Assembly (NCBI GenBank): GCA_016184145.1
Contig: JACPDF010000024.1
Span: 1-63,573 of the forward strand
Source: Candidatus Woesearchaeota archaeon
GTDB lineage: Archaea > Nanobdellota > Nanobdellia > Woesearchaeales > GW2011-AR4
Direction of reading: 5' to 3'
Length of the DNA: 63,573 nucleotides
The notes under the pieces were generated by a model that was not told the origin of the DNA, searched no databases, and was given only the letters and a program-made list of their open reading frames with translations. Made by a program: the position numbers and the translations under genes. Positions 1-9,179 of this stretch are shown one piece after another (the first letter of the stretch is position 1; the number at the start of each line of letters is the position of its first letter).

Positions 1-28
1 TAAAGATTTCCTTGTTATCCATTCTCAT
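1..28 (-). CDS. 5' end of a gene running off the left edge (MRMDNKEIF...)
   Basis: ATG at 28 on the minus strand, preceded by a G-rich SD-like stretch (AGGGGGTCA); frame open to the edge. Only 9 codons visible. Confidence 0.35.
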
Positions 29-176
29 TGACCCCCTAACGTTTTTTTGTATAGTATTGCTGTAAAATTCCTGTTTTAGAATATATTTTGGAGTATATAG
101 TCATATTTAAAGGTTTCGAAAACAAAAGTTTTGCCGCCGGAGATGCAGGCTTTTGCCAAAGCTTGCAGCCTTTACA

Positions 177-366
177 GAGGTTGGTGCGAAATTCTAATTC
201 GTGCAGTGAAATGCGAGTGAGCTTGCGAACTCGCTCACAATTCACGAGCCTTAGCATTGCATCTCAACTTTGCAATACTTTGTATTGCTCAGGTCGCATA
301 TTCCAATCCTGCGGAGCTTTCTGCATTGGCAAAACACGCACAAGCACCGATTTTCGCACCAACCTC
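177..366. mobile_element. MITE-like non-autonomous element (190 bp)
   Basis: Perfect 15-bp terminal inverted repeats GAGGTTGGTGCGAAA (177-191) / TTTCGCACCAACCTC (352-366); flanking direct repeat gCCTTTACA (168-176) / aCCTTTACA (367-375); no transposase. Confidence 0.7.
204..245 (-). repeat. Palindromic repeat family B, copy 1 (nested in the MITE)
   Basis: Reverse complement reads GTGAATTGTGAGCGAGTTCGCAAGCTCACTCGCATTTCACTG, near-identical to 2896-2944 and 9180-9221. Confidence 0.85.
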
Positions 367-415
367 ACCTTTACAACAAAGCTTATAAACAAAAATTAAT
401 TTATTTTACAGTTCG

Positions 416-2200
416 TTGAAAAACAAGAATAATATGATTGTGCATGCACCCACTGGAATAGGGAAGACTGTTTCTGCGCTCGCGCCATGTTTGAGCTTTG
501 CCTTGAAGAAAGGCCTTGCTGTTTTTTTCCTTACATCAAGGCAGACCCAGCATAAGATTGCAGTAGATACATTAAAGCAGATAAAGAAAAAGCACGGGAA
601 TGATTTTGGGGTTGTTGATTTAATCGGAAAGAAATGGATGTGCTTACAAGAAGCGGATGCATTGCAGAATTCTGATTTTTTGGAGTACTGCAAAAAGCTG
701 AGGGACAAGGATGAGTGCGAGTTTTATGTTAATACAAGGAAAAAGTCAAGACAGCCAACTATAGCTGCAAGCAGCAAGCTAAATGAATTGAAAATTTTGG
801 GGCCGATGCATGTGCAGGAGTTGGTGGAGGAATGCAAAAAGCCAAAACTGTGCCCCTATGAGATAGCTTCTTTCATGGCCAAGGACGCCAAAGTCATTAT
901 TGCAGACTACAATTATGTTTTTAATCCTAATATCAGAGACAGCTTGTTTGCAAGGGCCGGCAAAAAGCTTGAAGAGAGCATAATAATTGTTGATGAGGGG
1001 CATAATCTGCCAGGAAGGACCAGGGAATTATTAACTGCGAAGATTTCTTCCTTTATGATAGACAGGGCGCTTAAAGAAGCCGGTAAATTTGAGCATTTTG
1101 ACGCTCTTGTCAAATTAAAAAATCTGAGGGAGATTTTTGAAAGTTTGGGAGCGGAGCTGAATTTTAACAAGGAAGAAAAATTTGTGAGGAAGCATGAGTT
1201 TATAGATAAGGTAAATGAAGGCATGGATTATGATGAGCTTATTTCAGATCTTGCTTTTGTAGGAGATGACATAAGGGAAAGGCAGAAGCAGAGCTATGTT
1301 GGGAGTGTCGGGAAATTTCTGGAAGCGTGGCTGGGTAATGATGAGGGATTTGCAAGGATATTGGCAAAAACCGGCAATGGTAATTTAATTTTGAACTATA
1401 AATGCCTTGACCCATCTTTAATGACAAGGGAAGTCATAGAAAGGAGCTATGCGACAATAATGATGTCAGGAACTTTAACTCCTACAGCAATGTATGGCGA
1501 TATTCTTGGCTTTCCAAAAGAAAGCATTGAGAAAATTTATGGCAATCCTTTTCCAAAAAATAACAGGTTATGCCTGATAATACCGGAGACAACGACAAAA
1601 TTCACAAGAAGGGGTGATGAGGAATACAAAAATATAGCCAATGTGTGCAATAAGATTATTAGTAAGATAAATGGGAATTCTATTTTGTTTTTTCCCAGTT
1701 ATGATCTTAGGGACAAGGTTTACAGGTATTTTTTTGAGATATGCAAAAAAAAGAAGATTATTGAGAAGCCAAACCTTGGCAAAGAGGAAAAGGAGGGCAT
1801 CCTTGAAGAGTTTAAAAGAAATAAAAAAGACGGCTCTGTTTTATTGGCTGTTTCTGCAGGCAGTTTTGGGGAAGGTATAGACCTGCCTGGAGATTTTCTA
1901 AAGGGAGTTGTTATTGTTGGACTGCCCTTAGAAAAGCCTGATTTGGAGACAAAAGAGCTTATTGATTATTACCAGGAAAAATATGGGAAGGGCTTTGAGT
2001 ATGGTTATATATTTCCAGCGATAACAAAATGTCTGCAGAATGCAGGAAGGTGCATAAGATCAGAGACCGACAAGGGAGCAATAATATTTTTGGATGAGAG
2101 ATTTGCATGGCAGAATTATTACAAGTGCCTGCCTTCGGATATGGACTTCAAGATAAGCAAGAACTATGAGGAGAGGATTGAAAGGTTCTTTAGCTCTTAG
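416..2200 (+). CDS. xpd: XPD/Rad3/DinG-family Fe-S DNA helicase
   Basis: Walker A APTGIGKT; four Fe-S Cys (WMC, YC, EC, LCPYE); DEGH; SGTL; QNAGRCIRSETD motif VI. TTG start; N-terminal Q-motif not visible. Confidence 0.9.
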   Translation: MKNKNNMIVHAPTGIGKTVSALAPCLSFALKKGLAVFFLTSRQTQHKIAVDTLKQIKKKHGNDFGVVDLIGKKWMCLQEADALQNSDFLEYCKKLRDKDECEFYVNTRKKSRQPTIAASSKLNELKILGPMHVQELVEECKKPKLCPYEIASFMAKDAKVIIADYNYVFNPNIRDSLFARAGKKLEESIIIVDEGHNLPGRTRELLTAKISSFMIDRALKEAGKFEHFDALVKLKNLREIFESLGAELNFNKEEKFVRKHEFIDKVNEGMDYDELISDLAFVGDDIRERQKQSYVGSVGKFLEAWLGNDEGFARILAKTGNGNLILNYKCLDPSLMTREVIERSYATIMMSGTLTPTAMYGDILGFPKESIEKIYGNPFPKNNRLCLIIPETTTKFTRRGDEEYKNIANVCNKIISKINGNSILFFPSYDLRDKVYRYFFEICKKKKIIEKPNLGKEEKEGILEEFKRNKKDGSVLLAVSAGSFGEGIDLPGDFLKGVVIVGLPLEKPDLETKELIDYYQEKYGKGFEYGYIFPAITKCLQNAGRCIRSETDKGAIIFLDERFAWQNYYKCLPSDMDFKISKNYEERIERFFSS

Positions 2201-2304
2201 TGTTGGTTTATTTTATTACTAAAATACTAAACTAGTATACAAAAACGTAATATTTATATATGAGTTATATATTTATATAATAGTTATACTTATCCACTAC
2301 CAAG

Positions 2305-2709
2305 ATGGTTATTTTGTTTGACCGGTTTAATCTGCCGGAGGACATATATGAGGTTATTTTTGCAACTAAGCAGCAGATCATTGTAGCGAAGCTGCTTATT
2401 GAAATGATTAAGGGAAATGGAGGAGAGATAAACAAAACAGAGATGAGTTTGTTTGCGACAAAGCTGCATGAGGGCAGCTTAATTACAGACTTGATAGAGG
2501 AAGAGCCTTACAAGGGAAAGAAAGTAAAGGTTTCCTATAACAAAAGGCAGTTTTATGACAGGATTTTGACGCCAATGAAGAGCATGGGACTGATAGATTA
2601 CGACTTGTACAAGAAAACATACAAAATAAGCGACCACTTCAACAAGGAGATGATAAGAATAGGGCTTTTATGGCTCAAGGAAATGAGGAAGCCAGCAAAA
2701 AAATCATAG
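2305..2709 (+). CDS. Hypothetical protein, possible winged-helix fold
   Basis: 134-aa ORF with upstream TATA; C-terminal YDRILTPMKSMGLIDYD...TYKIS resembles a wHTH helix plus wing. Confidence 0.7.
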   Translation: MVILFDRFNLPEDIYEVIFATKQQIIVAKLLIEMIKGNGGEINKTEMSLFATKLHEGSLITDLIEEEPYKGKKVKVSYNKRQFYDRILTPMKSMGLIDYDLYKKTYKISDHFNKEMIRIGLLWLKEMRKPAKKS

Positions 2710-2860
2710 TTTTTAGGCCCCCCATCCAGAGTTCTTTCCAAACCACCCCCACGAATCGAAAGCGGGGGGGCCACTCACTTAAAAAAAGAGTTCAATAAAA
2801 TAGTTTAAGGGAAAAAGAGGTGATAGGGTGGTTTTTAGGATATTATAATACTAATTTTAT

Positions 2861-3023
2861 TAAAAATAATTCCCGGGAATTTTAGGCTCGCCTCAGTGAA
2901 TTGTGAGCGAGTTCGCAAAAAATTCGCTCACTCGCATCTCACTGGCTCGCATTGATTTGGATATTCCACTATAAGAACTCGCCTGCATTAATTGGCGAGA
3001 ATTTAAGTTTTCCTTTCAGAACT
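2861..3023 (+). repeat. Intergenic repeat family A, copy 1 (contains a family B copy)
   Basis: Aligns by eye with 55719-55836 (TAAAAATAATxCCCGGG...CTCGCCTxCAxTAATTGGCGAGA...AGAAC). Confidence 0.7.
2896..2944 (+). repeat. Palindromic repeat family B, copy 2
   Basis: GTGAATTGTGAGCGAGTTCGC-aaaaaattc-GCTCACTCGCATCTCACTG. Confidence 0.85.
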
Positions 3024-3114
3024 GAATTGAAAATTTGGAATGCTCATTATTAAATACCAGAAACTATTCTAACACAAAAACCTTTAAATATAATCGATAT
3101 TTGGGTTTACCATT

Positions 3115-6100
3115 ATGGGAGAGCAAAGCCAACAGGTAGCTGTAGAGGAGAAAAAAGATGGCAGGGCAGGGAAAGGCACAAAGATAAACAGGATTGTGAT
3201 GAACGGCTTCAAGAGCTTTGCGAAGCATACAGAGTTTCTGTTTAATGGCAACTTTAACTGCGTTTTGGGGCCCAATGGCTCGGGAAAAAGCAATGTTCTG
3301 GATGCATTATGCTTTGTTTTGGGAAAGAGCTCTGCAAAATCATTAAGGGCAGAGAAGTCTTCTAACTTGATATACAATGGCGGCAAAGCAAAAAATCCTG
3401 CTAAACAGGGTGAAGTCTCTATTTTCTTCGACAATTCCAATAAGATGTTTCCAACAGAGGATGGGGAAGTTAAAATAACAAGGATAGTGAGGCAGAACGG
3501 GCAAAGCGTGTATAAAATCAATGACGAGACAAGGACAAGGCAGGAAATCCTTGAGTTGCTCGGCATAGCAAGGATAAACCCGGATGCTTACAACATAATC
3601 CTCCAAGGAGACATAATAAAGCTTGTGGAAATGCACCCAAATGAAAGAATGGAGCTTATTGGGGAAATAGCAGGAATTTCAATGTATGAGGAAAAGAAGC
3701 ACAAGGCAGTTTTAGAGCTGGAAAAGGTTGATGAGAGGCTTAAGGAAACAGAGATTGTTTTAGCTGAAAGGAACACTTACCTTAAAGAGCTCAAGAAAGA
3801 CCGCGACCAGGCTTTGAAGTACAAGGACATGAATGAGCGCATCAAGGTAAACAAGGCCTCTTACTCAAAGCTGCAGATAGACAGGAAGGAAAGGGAAAGA
3901 AATGAGCTGCGGCAAAAATTAGAGGAAGCAAACAATGAATTAGAAAAAATCAACAATAAGATAGAGGCGCTAAAAAGCAACAACAGGGAGAAAAGAGAGG
4001 AGATAGACAAAATAACCAAAGAGATAGAGGAAAAAGGGGAAATAGGGCAGGTAAACCTTAACAAGGAAGTTGAGACATTAAAGATAGAGCTCACAAGGAA
4101 GAATTCAAGGACTGATGCCCTTAAAAACGAGCTGGCAAGATTAAGCCAGAGAAGAGGTGATATAAAAGAAGAGACTAAAGAAATAGAGGACAAGATAAAG
4201 CAGCTTGAGGAAGAGAAAGAAGAGATGATGCAGGATATAGAGAAAAAAAAGAAAGAAAGGAACAGCATTGCAAACAGGATAAAAGAGTTCAAGGAAAAGA
4301 ACAAGCTGGATAATGTAGGGGAGATTGAAAAACAAGTGGAGGAGATAGACAAAAAGGCAGAGGAGCTGGAAAAAGAGGTGCACGAGGCAAGGGAAAGGCA
4401 GCACAGCCTGATAAGGGAGAAGGACAGGCTAACGCACGAGGTAGGCACGATAGACGCGCAGATGAGCAAAGTCCTTGACATAGAAAAAGAGCACAAAAAG
4501 CAGCTGCAAGATTTGGAAACCAAGAGGAAAGAGTTTAAAGAGTCTACATTGGAGTTAAACAAGAAGCTTGACGAAGATTCAGGCATGGCTGCGCAGCTCT
4601 CAACCGCAAGAAGAAAAACAAATGCCAAAGAGGAGGAGCTTTCAAAGCTGAAGGCAAGACAAATTTCGGCAAGAGAGCTAAATTATGCTGATGTTGCAAT
4701 AAAAAGGATCCTGGAGCTGAAGAAGAAAAGAGGTGGGATTTACGGGACAGTTGCAGAGTTGGGAAATGTTGACTCAAAATACGCTTTGGCTTTGGAAATT
4801 GCAGCCGGGCCAAAGATAAAAAGCATTGTTGTTGAGGATGACAAGACTGCTTCTGAATGCATCCGCTACCTTAAAGACAATAAATTGGGCGTTGTGACCT
4901 TTTTGCCATTGAATAAGATAAACTCAAAACCAATGGACCCTGAGGCAAAAAAGCTTTCCAAATCAAATGGAAGCCATGGCCTTGCGCTTGATTTGGTTTC
5001 TTTTGACAACAGTTTCAAGAAAGTTTTTGAGTATGTTTTTGCCGACACTATAGTTGTGGACAACATAGATGTTGCCAGAAGATTAGGGATAGGAAATGCA
5101 AAATATGTTACTTTGGATGGCGATTTAGCGGAAAAAAGCGGAGCTATGCATGGCGGCTACAGGCTGAAGAGAAAGCAGAGCATGGGCTTCCAGGAAAAAG
5201 ACATTGCTGAGGAGATTGAAAAGCATGAGCAGGAGCTCAGGGAGCTTAAGAACACAATTGATGTGCTGGAAAAGAGAAGAATAGAGAATGAGGAGCTGAT
5301 TTCAGGATTAAGGGGTAGAAAAGCCGCTTTGGAAGGGGAGATAATAAAGACGGAAAAATCACTTCATCTTGATACTACCGATTTGGATGCATCCAAGGGA
5401 AAAAGGGATACTCTGCAGAAATATGAAGAAGAGGTTGACAGGAAAATAAAATTGGTGCAGGACAAGATTTCTTCCTTAAACAAGGAGCTTGCATTGGTAA
5501 AGACAGAGAAGCAGAAATTAAGGGCGAGCATAGCCCAATTAAGGAATCCTGCCTTATTGGCTGAGCTGAATGCTTTTGAGGAAAAGCACAAGGAGCTTAA
5601 CGAGGAAATCATAAAGATTGACTCTGAGATAAAGGCAAGGGACACGCAGTCAGAGAAAATCTACAAGAGCGAGCTGGAGAAAACAGACAAGATACTAAAG
5701 CAGATAGAGAAAGACGAGCAGGGATTCAACAGGGAAATGCAGCAGCTAATGAATGAAATCAAAAATAAAGAAAATGAGCTGCAAAAAAAAGAGGCTTTAG
5801 CGCAGGATTTCTATGCGAAGTTCAAAGGGCTGTTCAACAAAAGGTCTGAGATAGACAAGGAGATACAGAAGAATGACGGCTTGATCAGCAATAAACAGGA
5901 AGAAAGCAGGAATGTTGAGATTAAGGCCAACACATTATCTTTAAAGCATGCTGAGATACAGGCTGCCCTAGCTGGCCTGGAGCAGGAATTCCAGCAGTAT
6001 GAGGGCGTTAAGCTGGATTTGGAAAAGAATGAGGAACAATTGAGGGGCGAGATAAGCAAATTCGAGAGGATGAGGGAGCAGATTGGAAGCGTCAATATGA

Positions 6101-6675
6101 GGGCTTTGGATATATATGAGGATGTGGAAAAGCAATACCATGTCTTGCTGGAAAAGAAAGAAAGCCTCGGCAAAGAAAAGGAAGATGTATTGAAGATGAT
6201 GGGAGAGATAGAAGGGAAGAAAAAAGACTTGTTTATGAGCGTATTTGATGCTGTAAACGCCAATTTCCAGAAATTCTTTTCAATGCTGACGACAAAAGGA
6301 GCCCAGGCTACACTGGTAATAGAAGACGAGGAAAATCCTTTTGAGGCAGGAGTGAGGATTAATGTAAAGATAACTGGAAGCAAATTTTTAGATATAAGAA
6401 GCCTGTCAGGAGGGGAAAAGACAATGACTGCCTTGGCTTTTATTTTTGCCATACAGGAGCATGAGCCAGCTTCTTTCTATGTGCTGGACGAGGTTGATGC
6501 TGCTTTGGACAAGCATAACAGCGAGAAGTTTGCAAAACTGATAAGGCAGTATTCCAATAATGCACAATATATAATAATAAGCCACAATGATGCTGTAATC
6601 TCGGAAGCAGACACTTTATACGGGGTTTCGATGAACGAGCATGGAATCTCCCAGGTTGTTAGTTTGAGGATTTAA
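3115..6675 (+). CDS. smc: Chromosome segregation protein SMC
   Basis: GFKSF, Walker A GPNGSGKS, long coiled coils, hinge (GIYGTVAELG...VTLDGD), LSGGE signature, LDEVDAALD. Confidence 0.97.
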   Translation: MGEQSQQVAVEEKKDGRAGKGTKINRIVMNGFKSFAKHTEFLFNGNFNCVLGPNGSGKSNVLDALCFVLGKSSAKSLRAEKSSNLIYNGGKAKNPAKQGEVSIFFDNSNKMFPTEDGEVKITRIVRQNGQSVYKINDETRTRQEILELLGIARINPDAYNIILQGDIIKLVEMHPNERMELIGEIAGISMYEEKKHKAVLELEKVDERLKETEIVLAERNTYLKELKKDRDQALKYKDMNERIKVNKASYSKLQIDRKERERNELRQKLEEANNELEKINNKIEALKSNNREKREEIDKITKEIEEKGEIGQVNLNKEVETLKIELTRKNSRTDALKNELARLSQRRGDIKEETKEIEDKIKQLEEEKEEMMQDIEKKKKERNSIANRIKEFKEKNKLDNVGEIEKQVEEIDKKAEELEKEVHEARERQHSLIREKDRLTHEVGTIDAQMSKVLDIEKEHKKQLQDLETKRKEFKESTLELNKKLDEDSGMAAQLSTARRKTNAKEEELSKLKARQISARELNYADVAIKRILELKKKRGGIYGTVAELGNVDSKYALALEIAAGPKIKSIVVEDDKTASECIRYLKDNKLGVVTFLPLNKINSKPMDPEAKKLSKSNGSHGLALDLVSFDNSFKKVFEYVFADTIVVDNIDVARRLGIGNAKYVTLDGDLAEKSGAMHGGYRLKRKQSMGFQEKDIAEEIEKHEQELRELKNTIDVLEKRRIENEELISGLRGRKAALEGEIIKTEKSLHLDTTDLDASKGKRDTLQKYEEEVDRKIKLVQDKISSLNKELALVKTEKQKLRASIAQLRNPALLAELNAFEEKHKELNEEIIKIDSEIKARDTQSEKIYKSELEKTDKILKQIEKDEQGFNREMQQLMNEIKNKENELQKKEALAQDFYAKFKGLFNKRSEIDKEIQKNDGLISNKQEESRNVEIKANTLSLKHAEIQAALAGLEQEFQQYEGVKLDLEKNEEQLRGEISKFERMREQIGSVNMRALDIYEDVEKQYHVLLEKKESLGKEKEDVLKMMGEIEGKKKDLFMSVFDAVNANFQKFFSMLTTKGAQATLVIEDEENPFEAGVRINVKITGSKFLDIRSLSGGEKTMTALAFIFAIQEHEPASFYVLDEVDAALDKHNSEKFAKLIRQYSNNAQYIIISHNDAVISEADTLYGVSMNEHGISQVVSLRI

Positions 6676-6695
6676 TTGGGGATTTCATCTTATTC

Positions 6696-7394
6696 TCATT
6701 TTTTATAGTTAAACCCGTATTTGAACTTGTCAGTTTTAATCTCTCCGAAAAGAAGCCTGTGGAGCCCTGAAAAGAATAATTTTGAGAAGAGATTAAACCT
6801 TCCTTCGCTGTCAAACCTTCTCATGGAAGTGTAGGTCCTTACGCTGCTTAAAATCCTGAATTTCCCGTGTTTTCCCGCTCTCCTTACATAGTCCATGTCT
6901 TCTGACAGCCTTATTTTCTCGTCAAATCCCCTTATTTTTTCATGTACGCTTTTTTTGCAGAAAATCCCGGAGCCTGGGGCGTGGGGATAGAAAAACTGCG
7001 TTGCGTAAATCCAGAAGTTGAAAAGCGCAAACGCAATCTTATCAACAATTCTTTTGCCCAACGGCCACACATAGCAGCCTGCAGCATCAAGATTTTTTCT
7101 TTTTATTTCATCCAGTGATTTCTTTAGAAAATCCTTTCCCATGATGCAATCAGCGTCTATGAAAAACAAAATGCCTCCTTTTGCTGCTTTTGCCCCATTG
7201 TTCCTCGCTATTGGAGGCTTTCCCCCCTTAACAATCCTACATCCATATTTTTTTGCTAGCTGCCTTGTTTTGTCTTTTGAATTATAATCTGCAACTACGA
7301 TTTCATAATCCTTAAAGCTCTGGTTTTTTACAGAATCCAACAATTTTGGGAGGTATTTTTCTTCATTTAGTGTCGGGATGATAATGCTCAGCAT
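6696..7394 (-). CDS. Glycosyltransferase family 2
   Basis: SIIIPTLNEE start, DAD motif, SED motif, TSMRRF. Confidence 0.9.
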   Translation of the reverse strand: MLSIIIPTLNEEKYLPKLLDSVKNQSFKDYEIVVADYNSKDKTRQLAKKYGCRIVKGGKPPIARNNGAKAAKGGILFFIDADCIMGKDFLKKSLDEIKRKNLDAAGCYVWPLGKRIVDKIAFALFNFWIYATQFFYPHAPGSGIFCKKSVHEKIRGFDEKIRLSEDMDYVRRAGKHGKFRILSSVRTYTSMRRFDSEGRFNLFSKLFFSGLHRLLFGEIKTDKFKYGFNYKK

Positions 7395-7434
7395 TTTATT
7401 TTTAGAATTAATGCGCGTTTATAAAAGTAATGAA

Positions 7435-7575
7435 TGCGTCGGCCGGGACAATCGGTACTTTTTCCAAGCACTTTCGAATTTCCGAACAATCCAATTGACT
7501 GCTTCCCGGATAAACGGCTTGGAAGGCCGTTGTCATATAAACGCAACTCCAGTTGTGCCGTTAGACCACCGACGC
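7435..7575 (-). tRNA. tRNA-Gly(TCC) with three non-canonical insertions (D-loop, about 53/54, about 58/59)
   Basis: Acceptor GCGTCGG/CCGACGC+A; anticodon arm ACGGC-CT TCC AA-GCCGT; T stem CCGGG/CCCGG; TTCGA at 7478-7474 isolated between two hairpin-forming inserts. Confidence 0.8.
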
Positions 7576-7639
7576 ATCAAAGGCAAAAGATTGGTAAAAG
7601 GTTTATAAATTTAATTGTTTTATCCAAAATCACGATACC

Positions 7640-8086
7640 ATTGACTATTTTAATTTTAATGATATTGGCAAGGAGCCAAAGATCATAGAATTTCTTAATG
7701 ATATAAGCAATGATAATGACTCTATTGAGCTGAATTTAATAAAGAACAAGGCTTACAAAGAAGCTGTTATAATGTCCCTGCATATTATTAACGAGGAAAG
7801 CGGGATTTTAAAAGAAATTACGAAAGATGAGCAAAAAACCTTTGGCGGAAGCAAACTGTTTTATGTAAATGATAACTTTGACAAAATCCTTGTCATGGCA
7901 GTCAAAGGAAGCATGGATGGAAAGCTCAACATGGTTGTAAACAGGCTAAACAAGATAAATGAGAGGATATACAGGCTAAATACAAAGATAAAAAAGGGTA
8001 ATATGGAAATGTACCTGAAAAGGAAAAGCATAAACGACAAGAAGGATGCTATAGTAAATATGATTAATAAGAATCTTAAAGTCTAG
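7640..8086 (+). CDS. Hypothetical protein (ATT start at 7640 proposed; first ATG at 7772)
   Basis: Frame is open 44 codons upstream of the ATG; TATA TTTATAAA at about 7602-7609 places the transcription start near 7635. Confidence 0.55.
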   Translation: MDYFNFNDIGKEPKIIEFLNDISNDNDSIELNLIKNKAYKEAVIMSLHIINEESGILKEITKDEQKTFGGSKLFYVNDNFDKILVMAVKGSMDGKLNMVVNRLNKINERIYRLNTKIKKGNMEMYLKRKSINDKKDAIVNMINKNLKV

Positions 8087-9111
8087 GCTATATTTTTCTT
8101 TAGGCTCTCGACAAAATCCTTAAACTGGTGCTGCTTGACATTTGCGCCGCATGCATATTCATGGCCTCCGCCGTAGCCTTCCAAACCAACAAGCGCTTTA
8201 TTGAGGAGCGGAGGCAATATTGTTTTTTTGCTCCTGATGCTCATCCTCACATCATCATCTTTTCTCCTGCCGACTAAGATTATTTTATCCGGGAATTTGT
8301 ACAATAACTCATTTGCTATGTCTCCGGTAAAGCTCATCTTGTCGTCATCATAGGTAAAGACAAGCAGCTTATCCTTTGTAGCAGCTTTGAGCGCATCTTT
8401 CAGCATATTATCATACGTTTTGTTGAGCTTTTCAAATCTCCTGTAGATGAACTTTCCAGCGGCTGTTTCCTGATCAAGGATCTCGTAAGGGGTTTTTATC
8501 CTTGTAAGTATCTTGATGTTTTTCATAATTTCCTGGGTTTTCCCCTTAAGGCAGAAAGAGAATATCTTAATAAGCATTCCAAGCCTTGTGTTGAAGTATA
8601 TGTCTCCTATTGTTTTTTCATTGCCCATTAAATTAGGATACTGCGCCTTAAAATCATCCAAAAAATCAGGGATGTAATAGTCCGCTATACAGCCCAAGGC
8701 TGCTATCCATAAGTCCTGCTTGACTGCATTATAGCACATGTATGTTGTCGGCACATTTTCATCCTTTTTCCTTAGCCTGGGATTAAAATACAGCACCCCG
8801 TTAATCTCATGCGGGCCATGGTGGTCTATCCATATTATAGGAACGGGGCATGCATCGACAAAGCTCTGCTCCAACAAGGCAACGTCGAGGATAAAAACCT
8901 TGTCAGGCTTATAGTCTTCTAAGCTCGGTGCTAACCTGGCATCGAGTGTCGGGTGCGTCTTAACTAAAATGCCGTGCCCTTCCTTTTTATAGCGGTAAAG
9001 CAGCAAAAAAGAGGATAAGCCGTCAGGATCATCATCAAAGAAATACAAGGGGTTCTGGCAGTTGTCCAACTCATTTTTTATGTGCTGGTATTGTTTTTGG
9101 GTAAGCGCCAT
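8083..9111 (-). CDS. DHH/DHHA1-family phosphoesterase (RecJ/NrnA-like)
   Basis: DDDPDG, ILD, IDHH and GGGHEYACG motifs. Confidence 0.88.
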   Translation of the reverse strand: MALTQKQYQHIKNELDNCQNPLYFFDDDPDGLSSFLLLYRYKKEGHGILVKTHPTLDARLAPSLEDYKPDKVFILDVALLEQSFVDACPVPIIWIDHHGPHEINGVLYFNPRLRKKDENVPTTYMCYNAVKQDLWIAALGCIADYYIPDFLDDFKAQYPNLMGNEKTIGDIYFNTRLGMLIKIFSFCLKGKTQEIMKNIKILTRIKTPYEILDQETAAGKFIYRRFEKLNKTYDNMLKDALKAATKDKLLVFTYDDDKMSFTGDIANELLYKFPDKIILVGRRKDDDVRMSIRSKKTILPPLLNKALVGLEGYGGGHEYACGANVKQHQFKDFVESLKKNIA

Positions 9112-9179
9112 TTGTCAAAAACCGCCAGTCACAGACTGGCGGAATTTATCTGCTTTTTATTGCATGAAGCGGTTTTTGA

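Noticed and set aside
36-399. ORFs 36..257 and 88..399
   Set aside because: They run across the MITE and family B repeat and have no protein-like features.
3861-6452. Long antisense ORFs within smc, and similar shadows over other genes
   Set aside because: Ser/Phe/Leu-rich mirror translations of Lys/Glu-rich coding strands.
7378-7688. ORFs 7378..7608 and 7434..7688
   Set aside because: They are antisense to the tRNA-Gly gene.
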